The notes: generated by a model from the letters alone, not told the origin. Positions 1-15,057 are shown, counted from the first letter of the stretch. The stretch is DNA of 64,000 nt from the human T2T-CHM13v2.0 reference genome, Homo sapiens (GCF_009914755.1 NC_060943.1), one strand, 5' to 3'. Made by a program: numbers and translations.

Positions 1-40
1 GTTTGGGGACAGCAGGCCTGTCCAGCCTCTGACACCCTGG

Positions 41-826
41 TGAGTCAGTGCAGAGATTACAACAGTGACAGCAAACTAGCATGGCTGACTCCATCTGGCA
101 TCTAGTCTCAGGCTGGCTGTCCTCACTCATTCCTGGGCATAGGCCAGGTTAACCTTGGGAGGAATTTAGTTTATGGTTTAAACTTGAAGCAAGAATGATA
201 ATAGTTCCTCCATAAAACTAACACCCTTACTTTGTCCAGGGACTGCCTTTGTAAAACTAGTGAAAGACCATGAGATTAAGATTATAGGAGGGAACTGAAT
301 TTTGCTAAAATGTAGGCACAGTTTCTATAATCCCTGACTGCTCCAGTGTCATTGGGACAGGGTTTACAAAATTTGTAACTAATTGCTCCTATAGATAACA
401 TCACTATTGTAGAACGTGAGATTGGTCTTTTGAGATGTTTCTCATTCTTTTGCATTCTGGCAACCGGCTGACCTCATCCATACCTATGACTAATGGCTCA
501 GCCAGTCATGTGGTCCCTACCTAGAGGCAGATTCAAGCACAAACAGATCATGTCCCCCTGCCCCCATGATTCCATCACCAAACAATCAGCAGTACTAATT
601 TTTTAGTCCTGTGGCCCTGAAACTATCCTTGAAAATCTCTAAGCCCTGATCCACTGGGGAGGCTGATTTGAGTAATAATAAACCTCTGTCCTCCTGTTTG
701 GCAGACTTGGAGTCATTAAAATCTTTCTTTACTGCAAACCGCCATTTCAATTATTTTATTTTATTTATTTATTTGTTTTTTTTTTTTTTTGTGCAGGAGG
801 CCAGAGGAACTTGTCTGGCAATTATG
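41..826 (+). mobile_element. LTR8B-like ERV1 solo LTR in PSG1 intron 2
   Basis: LTR8-family hallmarks gactccatct, ctgtcctcactcattcctgggcataggcc and gggaggctgatttgagtaataataaa; boundaries approximate. Confidence 0.7.
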
Positions 827-2858
827 AGAGTGGATGGAGGAACTGCCTATCCCTGTCCCATGGTCTTGTCCACAGGTCAGCCTCACAAAGGGAAAGAGCC
901 CTGGATGGGAATACAGTGGAAGGTCATTCTCTTAGTGACCTGGGGACATTGGCTCGAGAGGAAGCCTGGCAGGAGTGGCAACTCCAGATGATTTCTGTGC
1001 CTTTCCTCTTTCCTGGGAGGTGGGCCAGGCCACAGTGTTAGTGGGAAGGGAACTGAACAGCCAGAGTGGTTAGAGGGAGTGTCTAGGGAAGGCCTAGAGG
1101 TGGAGGAAGAAGCTGTGCAGGACAGGGCTTGCCAGTCAGAATGAAGTGGGAGGAAGATGAGGGACACAGAGAAGCAGAGAGAGGCAGATACACCATGGCA
1201 GTGAGCAGTGAGGGAGACACTGTCTTCAGAAACTCCAGGGACCAGGTGCCCCCAGTTCCATAGTCCAGGACCAAGGAGCCCTCGAGAACCCTCCGGTGGC
1301 TTAAGAGCTTCAGAATTACATGAGGTGGGGTGGCTTTAGGGGCAAGAGGTAGTGGGGGGATGAAACATGGATGTCAGCCTCTGAAGGACAAGGGACAGGT
1401 GTGGCTAGAACCTCCTAGGATTCTGCATCCAAGATCCAATCTCTAAAGAGGTTTTGGATCATTCATTTCTTCATTCCATTCCTTCATTTGTCATGTGAGA
1501 GCTCCTGAGTGTGTGTCTCTCTCGCTGGGCCTGTGGTGGTGTAGAGTGTGAGTGGGGAAAGAAAACAAGGTCCTCTCCTTGATCCTCTCATGACAGTGAC
1601 AAGGACACTTTGGGAAACACAGGATTTCAGGTTCAGTGATGGTGGTTAAGATCTGAGGAGGAGGCCTGGACATTTTTTTGCACTGACTCTGATGGTTGAA
1701 GCAGGTGATTTAGTTCTGGAGTGCAGACTAATCAGCTGACCATTTGCTCTCACTCCTCTGAGGTTTGGATGCCTAAGAAGAGAAGATTTGAGCCAACAAA
1801 TGACTATGGGGTGCTTGGAACCCAGTAAGCCCTCACTTCTGGTGGAGTAGAGGATGGGCCTGTGGCTACAGACAGACCTCATGTGACCCTGATCTCCCCT
1901 TTGTGTTTGTGTGACTCTTGCTCAGTCACTGTGCCTTCCTGTGCCTCAGTTTTCTCTCAATCAAATAAGCTAAATGGCAAATGGACTGTGGCTTTTCATG
2001 CTATCTGTGAATAAATGTTAAATTATTCACAGTCACCTGACCTAATGCTTGGCACAGTGGAGGTTTCACACAAACAGCATTTATTATTAATTTGCTTCCA
2101 TGAGAAAGCACCTTTACGTCAGATCCCTGTGGACAAGCTGCTACCTGGTACATCTTCTCTCTTCTGTTTCTGCTTCTGGGGACATTAGTCTTTCTATGGA
2201 CTATCCTAAGCCTCCTAAGGCAGTTGGGTGATGGCCTACAAAGCTTGTCTTTCTGTCCTCTCCACTCTGAGTATCAGGTGAAGAAAGCTCTGTCCTGGCC
2301 CAGATGAGGCTCTGAGGGCTGAGCCCTGGCTGGTGAACAGCTCCAGGAGACACAGTCCTCTGACAGCTGGTAAATCCTTGGTCCCAGTAAGCCCTGCCCA
2401 AGAAGCCACAACCCAGTCCCAGCACAGGCTCCTCAGCTTTATCTGGAACAAGGATTTAGGGACAAGGGTCTGGGGTTGAGGCTTCTAGGGCTGAGCTTCT
2501 CTGAGAGTATCTCAGGGGGCCCCTCAGGCCAAGCCCTACTCAGTTATCCAGGGTCTTTCTCAGGGTCAAATTTATGAAGAGGGCATGAGGTGCTTGGCTG
2601 AGACTGATCTCCTCCTGCTGAGTCCCCCCATCAGACTGTCCTTCCTCTGCAGCGAGTGTCTGCAGGGTCTGGATGCAGGAAAGGAATTCTGATCTGTTGA
2701 AATTTGTCTCCTCTGTGTGTGTCCTGCACTAAATGCCCAAATCCCAGCATGGGACATAACGCAGTGAGTGACACAGGCAGAGTCCAGGCCTGACAATCCT
2801 GTGTGTGTGAAGTAGAAGTGACCCCTGTCCCCCAACACCCAGGGATCATGTGGAATCA

Positions 2859-4534
<1,676 letters not shown>

Positions 4535-4674
4535 GGTCTCTGCTGCTTGTGTGTTCTCCTCTGTGGAGATAAGCCTAGGATCCAGAAACTCTCTGAGCAC
4601 GGCTGTCAGCTGTGCTGTCCTTCCTCTTTCTGTGCTGAGCCTCTTCCCAGGGCAGGAGCAATTCTCAAGCTCAT

Positions 4675-4696
4675 GGGCAGGGTCAGGCCCAGGACA
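4675..4696 (-). promoter_or_regulatory. PSG1 proximal promoter: Sp/KLF-type core element overlapping a DR5 (RARE-like) GGGTCA-n5-AGGACA
   Basis: Motif 141-162 nt upstream of the ATG, conserved in all three paralogues; no TATA box evident. Confidence 0.65.
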
Positions 4697-4845
4697 CCTC
4701 TCTGTCCCCTCCTCTCTAAGTCCTGCCTCCTTGTCCCTCCTTCTGTTTCTCCTTTTGTCTGTGTTTCAGGTCCCTGGGAATTGTGGCGGCCTCTGCCTTT
4801 TTCAGCAGTGATTCTTTCACCAAACCTCAAGACACACTTTGTGCA

Positions 4846-4853
4846 GACACACA

Positions 4854-4885
<32 letters not shown>
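4846..4885. repeat. (CA)n in the PSG1 promoter (also 43061-43090, 62357-62402)
   Basis: Direct read. Confidence 0.9.
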
Positions 4886-4888
<3 letters not shown>

Positions 4889-6829
4889 GAGATACACACA
4901 GACCCACACAGTCAGACACATACCCTGCAGGTTGGGCAAGCACAGTCCTGGGCCTCAGCCTCCTGGTGTCCCCATGGCTCTGGGTCGGGGTGCAAATTAA
5001 CGCCCTTTGGCCTCTTTCATCCCCATCAGGCTCTCCCCTTCAGTGCAGGAGGCTGGAGCTGTACCAGGTCCCTGTCAGAATGATGCCCCATTGTGCTGTG
5101 GGTGAGCTGTGTGTTGCCTGGTGAGAGGGACCCTTCCTTTCTCTAATCATGTCTAGCTTGGCTGCAGCTTCCAAGGATGGACATTCAGGACCTGGGTGTC
5201 CCAGAGGAAACTGTCCTTTCTGGCGGTGTGCAGGGTGAATCTCTCATGCCTCTTGGGAGGAGAGGCCTGTGCTGGTTGCTCAGTGGGGGCTGTGAGTCCC
5301 ATAGTCAAAGGGACAGTTCTCTGTCAGTCTATGGCTCCCTGGGGTCTGGCGGCTGAGCTGGAGCTCATAGTTTCTCATGTTCTTCCTGACCATCTTTGAT
5401 GTCCTCTCTTCTCTGCCCAGCTGACTGTCCTGTGGTCACCACACCTTCCCTGTGGTGGTGCAGGAGGAAGTGGGGAGTTACCCAGGAACCCTGCGGGACA
5501 TGGCTCATTGAGATGCGGGAGGGGGAGCCTGGGACAGAGCAGGGGTTCAGAGCTGGAGAGATTCATCCCAACTTACTCCGTGGCCATGATGGGCTCAGCC
5601 CTCCATATGCTGACATACCCAGGGGTCTGTCCTGATGGTTTTGACCTGGCCAAGCTGCTGTGTGTAGAGGAGGAACAGGCAGTGGCCAGAGAGCCTGTCT
5701 GGAGGGACATTGCTCTCACCTGAGAGGGCGGGTGGGGGTGAGTTGTGTTCTGAGATCAAAGAGCAATAACATTCCCCTTCTTCCCGCAAGCACACAGGAG
5801 AGGTCTGTCTTCCCAAGGGACAGCTGGTGTTAGGTGGCCACATCCCGGATGGTGCCTGTGTGTGACCATCACACGCGCTCTGAGCCCCCAGGGTGCAGCG
5901 GGCAGGCAGGTCACAGGGTGCCTGGCTGATTCCCGGGGAGGCTGTGGGCCCTCAGGCAGCCGCTGTTCTGTGTCAGCGCTAGGCTTGGCCTGGGATGCCC
6001 CAGAGAACAGGACAGATGGAGCAGGGGCAGGCATTTAGGGAGCAGTGCCAGAAAGAGTTGATGAGGATGGAGGGAGGTCACGAGGGGAAAGCACCCGGTG
6101 TGGCATCGCGTGCACCAGCGCTGCCCTGGGAGATGCCTTTAGCTGGGCCCAGGGAAGGAGCAGGTGTGTGGGGAGGAGCTACCTGCAGGGGGAGTGGTGT
6201 TAGGTTGGCGGCCGCCAGGTCAGGGAGGAGCTGACAGTGTCCGTGTGGGGAGCATGGAGGGCGCTGAGGACTTGGGCAGAAGTGACCCTGTAGAGGGTGG
6301 ACACTGCTGGGCTGTGGGTTCCGCTGAGTGAGGTTGGCATCCCCTGGGAAGACTCCAGGCTGGGAGGGACTCTGTCCCCCTCTGGTGGACAGGGAGGGAA
6401 GTGTGAACGGCAGCAATTCCAGGCCAGGATGCATGTTTTATTCCACGTGGATCTGCACAGTTCACACGAGGTCACACCTGTGTTATGTTACAGCCCCATC
6501 ACCTTCCAGCCCCGTGAGTCCCAGTCTCTGTGGCTCTATGTTCACTGTTCTCCCTCTTTCACAATCAGATGTCCCAAATGCAGATTTTTGTCACCTTCTG
6601 TGAGTTTGTGTTTGTGTGCAGTAGGCGGCACTGTGTATACCCTGGGGGCAGTGATGTCTGGGGCTGAGCACTGCAGTTGGGCTTGGGAGCAGCAGGGTGG
6701 GAAGATCAATGTCAGGGGGGCAGGGACAAGTCATTTTCATTTTCTCACTCCCAGGGACCAGAACCCAGGATTCTGACTCCAGGGCAGAGTACCACACCCT
6801 GCTGGTGTCCCTGGATGTCATGATGCTCA

Positions 6830-7360
6830 TAGTGTCATGTTGCCTTGGCATTCATTTTTTAAGGTGTAAGTTTATTTGCCTCAAATCAGAGGCAGGGCTT
6901 GGTCACCATGGCAGTTTTCAATACTGTGTCTGGTTCAAGTGGCTCCAGTTGGTGTCCAGAGATCAAATCTTAGAGACATCTCTCCTGCTTGGTGTGCTGG
7001 GCTCCCGTCTCTCCAGCTGCTTTCTTTAAACTGATAATTCTGACATTCGCCCTCACATTAAAAGTGACCACCTCTCAGTCACAGCGTGAGCTCCTGTTCC
7101 CAGTGTTTGCTGCTTGCTTTGAACACATCCATTAAAGCTCCCTGCTGGAAACCTGTCAGATAACACCCTGGACTTAATAAAGCCATTGGCTTACCGGTCT
7201 CTTCTCTCCTCCCTCCCTGGGCTCACTGACCTCTGTGTCTGTGGTCTCCAGGTGTGCCAAGTGCTTCCCAGTGTCTGTAAGTAGTAAAAATACTTACACT
7301 TTCACGTTGTGGTTGTATTGCTGTGGCCTCACATGCCATCCAGGGCCTGACATTGAGGCT
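6830..7360 (+). mobile_element. Old ERVL-class LTR-like element upstream of PSG1 (paralogue about 45035-45570)
   Basis: LTR-like layout with AATAAA at about 7176; family not determined. Confidence 0.35.
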
Positions 7361-7584
7361 GCCTTATGGGACCTGTGCTGGCTGAGCCCCTGCTGGAGCT
7401 CTTGTTTTGGGGCCTCTGGTTCTCTTGGGGACAGGAGCTTCCAGCTAACTTGATTGAAAAACTGATGCATTTCATTGAAAACACTGGGTCAGATGATGTA
7501 TTCATAGGCTTCAGCTCCTATAACAAACACCTTAGCCTGGGTGAATTAAATAATAGAAATCTATTTTTCACAGTTCTGTGAATA

Positions 7585-9030
7585 ATGTGCTATTTTAACC
7601 ACTTTAAAATGCACAATCAATGAAATTAACCGCATACACCGTGTTAAATTACCATCACCAGTATTTTTCCTAGAAAATTGTTATCATTTTAAACTGAAAC
7701 TTTGTATCTTTTAAACAATAACTCCCTGTATGTTCCACCCTAGGCCTTGATCACCTCTACTCTGTCTCTATGAATTTGCCTATTCTTGATGTTTCATATA
7801 AATGGAATTATACAATTATGTTATTTTGTTTCTGACACATTTCACTTAGCATAATGTTTTCCAAGTCCATGCATGTTCCAGCGGGTGTCAGAGCTTCCTT
7901 CCTCTTTATGGCAGATTATCATTCTGTTTTATGTGTCACCATATTTGTTTATTCATGTGTTGATGAACACTTGGATTGTTTTCATATTTTATCTTTTCTG
8001 AATAATGCTGCAATGAACATTCCCATGCAAGTACCTTTTTGAGTCCGTGGATTTAATTCTTTGGGTATATACCTAGGAATGGATGTTATTTCAAATGAGA
8101 ATTCTATAATTAGCTTTTTGAGGAACAGCAATACTCTTTCTCCTAGCTGCTGTACTTTTTTATATTCTCACCAGCCATGTATGAGGATTCCAAATTCTAC
8201 ATAATGCTGCTACTTGTTATTTAACATTTTAAAAGAACGGTAGCCAGTTTTGTAGGTTTGATGTGGTGTCTCATTGCAGCTTTGACTTTGTATTTTCCTA
8301 ATGACTAATGATGTTTAGTATCTTTTCATGTCCTTCTTGACTATTTGTATATCTTCTTTGAAGAAATGTATATTTGAGTCTTTTGCCCATTTATAAATTT
8401 AATGGTTTCTCCTTTTGTTACTGAGTTGTAGCTAGTTCTTTATATTATCTGGACATGAAAACTGCCTATATGTGGTTGTCAAATATTTTCTCTCATTCTG
8501 TGTCTATTAATTATTGTCTTGATAATTTTCTTTGATGTACAAAAGGCTCACATCTTGATAAAGCCCAATTTATCTTGTTTTTCTTGTTTCTCATGCTTTT
8601 GTATCATATCTAAGAATCCATTGCACATTTGAGTTCATCAATATTTACCTCTATGTCTATTTTAAGATGTTTTATAGGTCTGATATTTAACTCACTGATG
8701 AATTTTTCAGAGAATTGTTTGATATGGTGGGAGGTAGAGTTATCTAAATTCACTGTTTTGCATGTGGTTATCTAGTTGTTTCTGCATTATCATTAGAAAG
8801 GAGAATTGTTCCTCCATTAAATTTTCTTGACACCCTCTTCAAAGAGTAATTGACCATAAATGTGAGGGTTTATTTCTAGACTCTCAATTCTATCCCATTT
8901 TTCATTATGTCCAGTCTTTTGCCAGCAGCTTGTTTTAATAATTGTACTCCTTTGTGAGATTGCAAATAAGAAAGTTCAAGTCTTACAATTTCTTTTGGCA
9001 GGATTGTTTTCACTATTCAGGGGTACTTTT
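7585..9030 (-). mobile_element. Old L1 (L1M) 3' fragment
   Basis: T-rich antisense L1 3' end/ORF2 motifs (gggtatatacctaggaatgg, ggtgtctcattg). Confidence 0.75.
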
Positions 9031-9338
9031 TTGAAAGATGGGGAGGACAAAGTTTCACAATTGGGAAAGCCGTTTCTGTCTTCTTCAGGGGGAAATTTGG
9101 GAGAAGCTTTTAAGAAACTTTATCTAAGTAGGTAAACTGTCACCACTTTATTTGCTGAAGTGCTATGTTAAAGTGTGCATTGCCTCTTGTGGAAGAATTT
9201 TGGACCCTGGAAGCACTTGCCCACGTGGTGAGAGACAGTGAATTCCACGATGAGGGGCAGAGATGATGTTGTTTTGTGATACAGTGTTGTTGGGGGAGTT
9301 GTATACATCTCAACTTCTTTATGTCTCTGTAAAGTGGG

Positions 9339-10100
9339 CATAGGGAGCAGCCCGCAGGGTCGGTGGGTTTTTCTCCCCGTGTGCAGAGACGTGAGATTGT
9401 AGAAATAAAGACGCAAGACAGAGAGATAAAAGAAAAGACAGCTGGGCCCGGGGGACCACTACCACCAAGTCATGGAGACAGATAGTGGCCCTTAATGCCA
9501 GGCTGTGCTGATATTTATTGGATACAAGACAAAAGGGCAGGATAATTAGTGTGAGCCATCTCCAGTGATAGGTAAGGTCACGTGGGTCACGTGTCCACTG
9601 CACAGGGGGCCCTTCCCTGCCTGGCAGCTGAGGCAGAGAGAGGGAGGAGAAAGAGAGAGAGAGCTTACAGCATTATTTCTGCTTATTAGAGACTTTTAGT
9701 ACTTTCACTAATTTGCTATTGCTAACTAAACAGCAGAGCCAGGTGTACAGCATGGAACATGAAGGCGGACTAGGAGCGTGACCACTGAAGCACAGCCTCA
9801 CAGGGAGATGGTCAGGCCTCTGGATAACTGCGGGTGGACCTGACTAATGTCAGGCCCTCCACAAGAGGTGGAGGAGTAGAGTCTTCTCTAAACTCCCCTG
9901 GGGAAAGGGAGACTCCCTTTCCCGGTCTGCTAAGTAGCGAGTGTTTTTCCTTGACACTGAGGCTACCACTAGACCATGGTCCGCTTGGCAATGGGCATCT
10001 TTCCAGATGCTGGCATTATCGCTAGACCAAGGAGCCCTCTAGTGGCCTTCTGTGGGCATAACAGAAGGCTCGCACTCTTGTCTTCTGGTCACTTCTCACT
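9339..10100 (-). mobile_element. Truncated paralogous LTR13-like LTR upstream of PSG1
   Basis: Same left flank AGTGGG; homology to 47576-48337 stops at 10100. Confidence 0.8.
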
Positions 10101-10957
10101 CTTCCCTGCTTCCCTCTTCCAACCACTTCTGAGCTACAAATGAGAAGGAAGCGATCTGATTAAACAGGTGATGAGCAGAGTCACGTTCTGAGGGGATTTG
10201 CACTTTTAAAAGGAGATTAATGACCACATCTGACAATGTCACCCTGGAATCTTATGCAGAGTGACAGGGGAGTGGGGATGAGCTCCGTTCAGGTTCAGGA
10301 AGCGAGAGTTTGGATCTGAAGTACTTTTCAGATGCTGAAGTCATAGGAGCTTGCAGTTGCTTCCTGGGTGGAGCCATAAACAAACATCTCTTCTGCTGAG
10401 TGGGGTCTGAGAAGATAGAGGGAACGGTGACCCAGGAGCTCTGGAATTATCTGGCTGTGTTACACTTGCAGGACTACACATATTTAAGTGAAAACAACAT
10501 GGTTTTCATCCACCTGGCTGACCTCTTAGCCTGCTTTCCTCTTATTGTTCCCTCGAAGGCATCATTTTTTGAAAGAGAAATTTAAACTCTGTCCATCTCA
10601 TCCCCTTTGGACAAAAGTTGAGTCCTTTCTGAGCTCTTTCATCATCTGGAGTTTAAAAGCTTCCCCTCCTCTGTTAACTCTCTTTGAATCCCTCATGTCA
10701 CACCAAACTTCAAAAGAGACAAATACTTTTGCATGACTCCCTGCAGGCTCCGTTTTGCCCTGTAGTGACAGCCCCATGTCTTGGCTTTCCTGATTGGAAA
10801 AACTTCTCAAGCTTTCTGCATTCATGATCTCTGCTTCTTCAGTGCAACCTTCTCCAGCTTGTCTCTGATCTCCAATGGTCCCTGCATTAATCCTGTCCAA
10901 GCCACAGGTGACCCTCATATCATCTCAGCTTCTACTTCCCAGTCTCTCTCTCTCTCT

Positions 10958-11080
10958 CTTTTTTTTTTGAGACAGGGGTCTCACTCTGTTGCCCAGGTTG
11001 GTCTCAAACTGTTGAGCTCTAAAGATCCTCTGGCCTCATCTTCCTGAGTAGCTGGTAGGGGTGTGAGCCCTTCTGCTTGG
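10958..11080 (-). mobile_element. Alu monomer (FLAM-like)
   Basis: tttgagacaggggtctcactctgttgcccagg. Confidence 0.6.
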
Positions 11081-12280
11081 TCTCCAGTCCTTTGCTTTTC
11101 TTTTTTGACCTATACAACATTTGGTGGTTGATGTCCATGTTCATGTAATTGTCTTCTCTGGCTTCTTGGGGCCACCATGCATTCCCTTCTCCCTCTTTTC
11201 ATTTATTATCTTTTCATCTAGTAAGACCCATCTTCCCCTGAATATGTATATTTTCCTCAAAGCAAGGATTGGCTTACCTTCACAAACTGAGTCTCCAATG
11301 ACCACATAAACTGAAATGCAATAGAAATCATGGACAGATGTGAGCTCCTCTTCTACTTCCTGTGTCCTCTGCAGGTTCTTCTCACCAACGTCACGTATTG
11401 TTAAGTAAGCCAGTGATGTTAAGTTAGAAAGTGGACTGATTCCATTAATTCATTTGGCATGTTCCGAAGTCCTCACCTGAGATCTATCTACTCTCCAAAT
11501 TACACTTGTTAGTAATACAGGAAGATCTTTTTCACATGAGCTAATTAGGGTGAATACATGTAAGTGTTGGTAAGAAGTACTAGAAACACTGGAATTTGTG
11601 AGATTTCATTGAAGAACCAACTTCCACCCAGCCCTTCACATTGTTCTCTTTTGGTAGTTTCTTGTCATTTCCTCCTTTTATTATCAATAGAGCTGCTGTG
11701 AACATGCATGTACAAGTTTCTGGGTGGACATATGTTTTCATTTTTTGGGGGGTAGACATCAAAGAGTAGAATTGCTGGGTTGTATGATGAATCTGTGTTC
11801 CAACTTTTCAGAAACTGGACTTCTACTCCTTCCTGATTTCACCTTCCACGCCATTTCTGTAGTGAGGCCCACTCCTTGGCCTTATAAGACCTGAATTAAG
11901 TTAGGTGCCCAGAGCCGTTCTGTCATTGACTCTGTTCTTTCCCTTGCTAGCCTGTGTAATAATTGGCAATCAGACCTTTACGTGCGCAATGGTTTCATAT
12001 GTCTCCCCAACTATATTACAAGTTCCACGGGGGCAGGGCTATGTCTATCTCCTTGACCTCTGTATCTGCGATGCCTAGCAGAGGGCTGTGAACACCGGTC
12101 ACCCTCCATAAACACTGGGAGACAAACAAGGGAGTCAGTAGAGTTAGTTTTTTTGCCTTTTTACCCCCAGAACTCTTAGAATATGATTTGAGCTATTGCT
12201 TCAAGGAAGTCCTGGGGCAGATGATCATTCATAGATGACATGAGGGAGTGCACAGCACATGAGTTTGCAGGAAAATGCAA

Positions 12281-12680
12281 ACCCCACATTGAAATTTGAT
12301 CCCCAATGTTGGAGATGGGGATCTACATGGGGGTGTTTGGGTCATGGGGGCGGATCCCTCATGAATGGCTTGGTGCTGCCCTCATGGTAATGAGTGGGTT
12401 TTCTACTCAATCCTGCAAGAGCTGATTGTTAGAAAGAGCCTGGCACCTTCCTCTCCTCTTTCTCTTGCTTCTTCTCTCACCATGTCATCTGTGCACACAG
12501 CAGCTCCCCTTCCCATTCCACCATGAGTGGAAGCTCCCTGAGGCCTCACCAGAAGCAGATGCTGGTGCAATGCTTCTTGTATAGCCTGTAGAACTGTGAG
12601 CCAAATAAACCTCTTTTCTTTATAAATTATCCAGCTTCACTCAGGTATTCCTTTTTAGCAACACAAAACTGACTAAGACA
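12281..12680 (+). mobile_element. MaLR LTR (MST-like)
   Basis: gaaatttgatccccaatgttgga...ccaaataaacctcttttctttataaatt...gactaagaca. Confidence 0.8.
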
Positions 12681-14289
12681 GGGTATCAGGAGACCTAGCT
12701 TTGCCTGAATCTGAGAACTCCATCAGGAATCTTGGAACAATTTAGCCCACAGGTCCAAGGCTGATTTTTTGTCACAGTGAAGTTCAGGTAGTAAGAATTC
12801 TCACTGGTGGCTGTTGACGGTGGCGGTGGTGGGGATGGGTCATATGGAGAATTAGCAGTGGGAGACTAGAAATTAAAGTGGATAAAGGGAAGAATTAAAA
12901 GTCAAAAACAGTGTGAGGGAGGAAAGGAATGGATATAACACCTCACAGCTTTATCCTTGAGAGGCCTTAAAGAATCTACTTAATAATAATCAGATGGTAT
13001 TCTATAAGAACTTTGAGACTAGACATGTGATGACTTTTAGGAAACTGCCCTGGAGCTGAAAATGCATGCAAATCTAGCTGACTCAGCTCCAGCCTTAACT
13101 GGCTCATAACTTGTTTCATAAACATGACTGTATGTTAGCAAGGAAATGAGAGAGAATAACAGCACATCACATAGGCATGAAAAGTATTTGCAAAGCAGCA
13201 GTTCTCAACAATGACATTTTGCAGAGTTTTCCAGAAGCAGATTCAGAAAACTGAAGACCAAAGTAATGAGGGAGCTGTCTCATGCCTAGATGAGCAGAAG
13301 CATACCAAAGGCTTAGTATTTCCCCAAGTAATAGGCACCTGAAACTTATTTAAGGAAAATACTCTTCTTGATGAAACAGGCACTGCAGTTGAAGCAGGAA
13401 TGTGTTTGGTGTGCTGCCTTAAATAGCATGGGTAGATGTTCAAACATGTTAGGACTCGCTGGCCCTAGGAAAGACCCGCAAGTATCTGGTCTACACCAGG
13501 AAAGTGACAATGAAACACCAAACACCTTTTCTCCTCTAATTACCAAGAAAAGTATTTCTTTCCCAATGGTGGAAGACAATAATGTTGGGAATGATGAAGT
13601 TTTCTGGAGTGTGAAGTGGATATGTCTTATAAGTTTAATCCACAGCTTCACCACTTCATAAGTGGATAATCGAATTGTGCCTCAGTTTCCTCAGACTTGG
13701 GGATATTAAGAGTATCCTCAGTCACCACAAGGTGGGTACCAACATAAGAAAAGAGTGTAGCAAAAGCCCATGGGTGCATGTTCTTAAAGTGCCTAGTGTG
13801 GGATTAGAATGACAAGTGGTAGATGACCTACTTGTGCAGAAATTTAGAGTTATTTTGTGATTTTCAAATGATCATGTGTGCTTTCCATATGCTGTCCAGA
13901 CTGGGGGTGCTGCAGCTAGAAAGGGAAGAAGGTTTCCATATTTCCTGAGACTGGAGTCACATCCTCTCACCAATGCACTCACCTGCTGACTAACCAGTGT
14001 ACTTCTGGGAATTGCAAATGCATGAAATGGCACCCATTCTAGACTAGTCACGGCAGTGTTGGTGATGGCCACAGATCGGGAACGACCCTGACGTTTATCC
14101 ATAGGGAACTGGGTCATGAGCCATGATCCACATCATGGATACTGGGCAGCTGTGGCAAAGAATGAGGTATCTTTCTTCTGTGTACTGGGAAAGGTTTCCA
14201 AGATATACCGCACAGTGAGAAAAACAAGAAGCAGAACAATGCACGGTGTGCTACCTCTTACATTACATAGGAGGAAATGTAAAATTAAT

Positions 14290-15057
14290 TTACCAATGGC
14301 CAATAAGCACATGAAAAGATGCTCAACATCACTAATCATTTGGAAAATAAAAATCACGGCTACAGTGAGATACCATCTTACATCCATTATGATGATTGTT
14401 CTTAAAAAAAAGAAAAACAGAAAAGAACAAGTGTTGGCAGGTAGGAATTGGAATGCTTGTGTAGTGTTTGTGGGTATGAAATATGGCGCACCCACTGTCA
14501 TCGTTTCTCAAAAAATTAATCATAGACTTACCACAAGATGCAGCAATTCGGCTTCTGGTGTATTCCAAAAAGAACGGAAAGCAGGGGCCCCAGCAGATAT
14601 TTGCATGTCTTTGTTCATAGCAGCATTATTCACAATAGCTAGATGTTGGAAATAAGCCCAGTGTCCATCCATCCATGAATGAATAAACAGAATGTGGTCT
14701 ATACGTACAAATGAATGGGATTAAACCATAACAAGAAGGGTGGTTCTGATGCGTGCTTCAACATGAATAAGCCTTGAGTTCTTTCTGCTAAGTGAAATAA
14801 TCAGACTCAAAAAGACAAACATTGCATGATTCCACTTAACAGAAGTGCCTGACGTCATGAAATGCATAGACAGAAAATGAAAAGGTGGTTGTCAGCGGCT
14901 GGAGGGAGGGGGAAAGAGGAGTTGTTGTTTAATTGGTAAAGAATTCCAGTTGGGGAATATGAAAAAGTTCTGGGTGGGGATGGACAGTGGTGGTGGTTGA
15001 ACAACAACGTAAATGTACTTCCTGCCACTGGATGTACAGTTAAAAGTGGTTAAAATG
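14290..15057 (+). mobile_element. L1 3' fragment (ORF2 end/3'UTR)
   Basis: MANKHMKRCSTSLII...FIAALFTIA L1 ORF2 C-terminal relic. Confidence 0.8.

Noticed and set aside
4900-6800. GC-rich upstream block with overlapping ORFs, as a possible separate gene
   Set aside because: Shared PSG upstream duplicon; ORFs not conserved among the three copies and no convincing exon chain
12950-13860. Coding-looking non-repetitive stretch (possible processed pseudogene or old element)
   Set aside because: No recognisable protein, poly-A tail or target-site duplication; needs tBLASTx/Dfam to decide
14116-14655. Longest + strand ORF (179 aa)
   Set aside because: Mostly a decayed L1 ORF2 C-terminus (ANKHMKRCSTSL, FIAALFTIA)
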